Source of the DNA: Narcine bancroftii
Taxonomy: Eukaryota
NCBI RefSeq assembly: GCF_036971445.1
Contig: NC_091478.1
Location: 14,322,001-14,386,000 of the forward strand
Direction: 5' to 3'
DNA length: 64,000 nt
Made by a program: the position numbers and the translations under genes. Shown piece after piece: positions 62,704-64,000 of the stretch. Below the pieces are notes generated by a model. It had not been told where the DNA came from and searched no databases. It was given only the letters and a program-made list of their open reading frames with translations. Positions within the stretch are counted from its first letter, which is position 1, and each line of letters opens with the position of its first letter.

Positions 62704-62839
62704 GCTTGTAGAGGTTCGGAATTTGATCAAGGAGTACAGACCGACTCAGGTTCTGCTGGTGAACTAGAAACTGATGCAAATCCTCGATACAAGATCCCAG
62801 TGGAAGCTGACTTCTTGTATGCCTATTCCACTGTACCAG
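62704..62839 (+). CDS. CASP7: Caspase-7 coding exon 5 (catalytic Cys and intersubunit linker); the final exon is outside the window
   Basis: tttcag|[45 protein letters not shown](G)|gtaata; [14 protein letters not shown] is characteristic of caspase-7. Confidence 0.96.
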
Positions 62840-63064
62840 GTAATACAGAAATTGGAGTCAATGATGCATTGCAGTCAGCCTTGCTAGTAGTTGAGCATCT
62901 CATTTATGAATTGCAGTGATCATGCGCATAATCTGGCAGAAAGTTTGTACAGGCTTGGTTTGTGAGAGGGGATCGTTATTTAAAATCCAGCAGGTAAAGT
63001 CGTGTTGCACAAAAACAGTCCTTTCAGCCCACTACATTCACGCTGCCCATCAAGTTTCTGTATA

Positions 63065-63655
63065 CAGGTACTCCCCATCTTGCAACCTGTGTGACTTACG
63101 TCCATCCACACATACGACCAATTTTTTTTTAATATATAAGAAAAAACATAAAATTTATGTGGTTTATGTTGTATTTGACAAACTATAACAGGGATACGGG
63201 GTACGTAAGAGCCAAAATGTCCGTAATTACCTTATTAGTCGACGTCCCAGGGTCCTCAGTTTGAGTGCGGCCATGTTGACTCCTGTGTGCGTGCACGAGT
63301 CTTTGGTTGGCACACGGATGAGAGTTAAGGGTGCAAATTCAATATCGTCAGGGTGCTTAACTCACGCATGTGCACAGGAATCAAGATGGCTGCACCAAGC
63401 CAACTGACCCCAGGACGCCAACTAACAATATACGTTTGGATCAGAATCTGAAAAGATTCGCCAAAGTTGATCGACAAATTCAGGAAGCTTTAAGAGGTTA
63501 TCATCAAATCTACGATGAATAAAAAGATTTGATTAAAAAGTTTGCATTAAGACTTCGGTACTCTACATGTGCAGGCAAAATTCTGACTTGTGTCAATGTG
63601 AGATACGACCAATCCTTCAGCCCCATTCACAGTCGTAAATTGGGGAGAGTACCTG
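63065..63655. mobile_element. Tc1/mariner (Tigger-like) non-autonomous transposon
   Basis: TA|caggtactcccc ... ggggagagtacctg|TA termini. Confidence 0.75.
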
Positions 63656-64000
63656 TATACTGAACCCGTTTACCAGCAGTTTGTCCACAGCCTTCTATTC
63701 CTTGGTGATTCAAGCGCATGTCCAAATGCTTAAAGATTTAGAGAGTACCATCCTTTACCGATTCCAGCCACCCTCTGGTTAAAAAGGTTCTTCCTCAGAT
63801 CACCCTCTAAAACCTTGTACCCCTTACCCTCTGGTTTTCGATATATCTGCTATAGGAAAAATTTCCTACTATCTTATGTACTTGCCCCTCATACTTTTTT
63901 ATATCTCTTTCACAACTTCCCACAGTCTCCTCTATTCGAAGGAAATCAAACATATTCTGTTCAGTTTCTCCTGAAATGCTGGTATCCCAGACAAACCCTG

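Noticed and set aside
36744-62839. Identity as caspase-3
   Set aside because: DAKPDRSS, the KKK exosite, [14 protein letters not shown] and NRAP linkage all indicate caspase-7.

Overview
Eukaryotic vertebrate genomic DNA, most likely from a cartilaginous fish (inferred from the repeat complement: CR1, Rex1/Babar-like, L1/Tx1-like, RTE, Penelope-like elements and V-domain-type SINEs). It is the NRAP-CASP7 locus. The first five coding exons of NRAP (LIM domain plus nebulin-type 105-nt exons) are on the minus strand at 7637-11782. Five coding exons of caspase-7 (DVVD|A propeptide site, KKK exosite, LSHG, QACRG) are on the plus strand at 36744-62839; the last CASP7 exon lies beyond the window. 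Between them is an intact 3-exon, ~220-aa type-I membrane protein gene of the TGOLN2 (TGN38/46) / C5orf15 (KCT2) family with a YQRL sorting motif, a gene I do not know from the human NRAP-CASP7 interval. Other notable structure: a perfect 75-nt copy of NRAP coding exon 1, next to a perfect 178-bp inverted repeat and a 48-bp tandem duplication; an RTE LINE ORF open through the window edge with an in-frame (STSSP)26 expansion; many Penelope-type minimal hammerhead-like cassettes; a GC-AG intron in CASP7; an L1 inserted into the 3' splice site of the catalytic CASP7 exon; and internally deleted and twin-primed L1 copies with TSDs. All calls were made by eye. Boundaries of old repeats are approximate.
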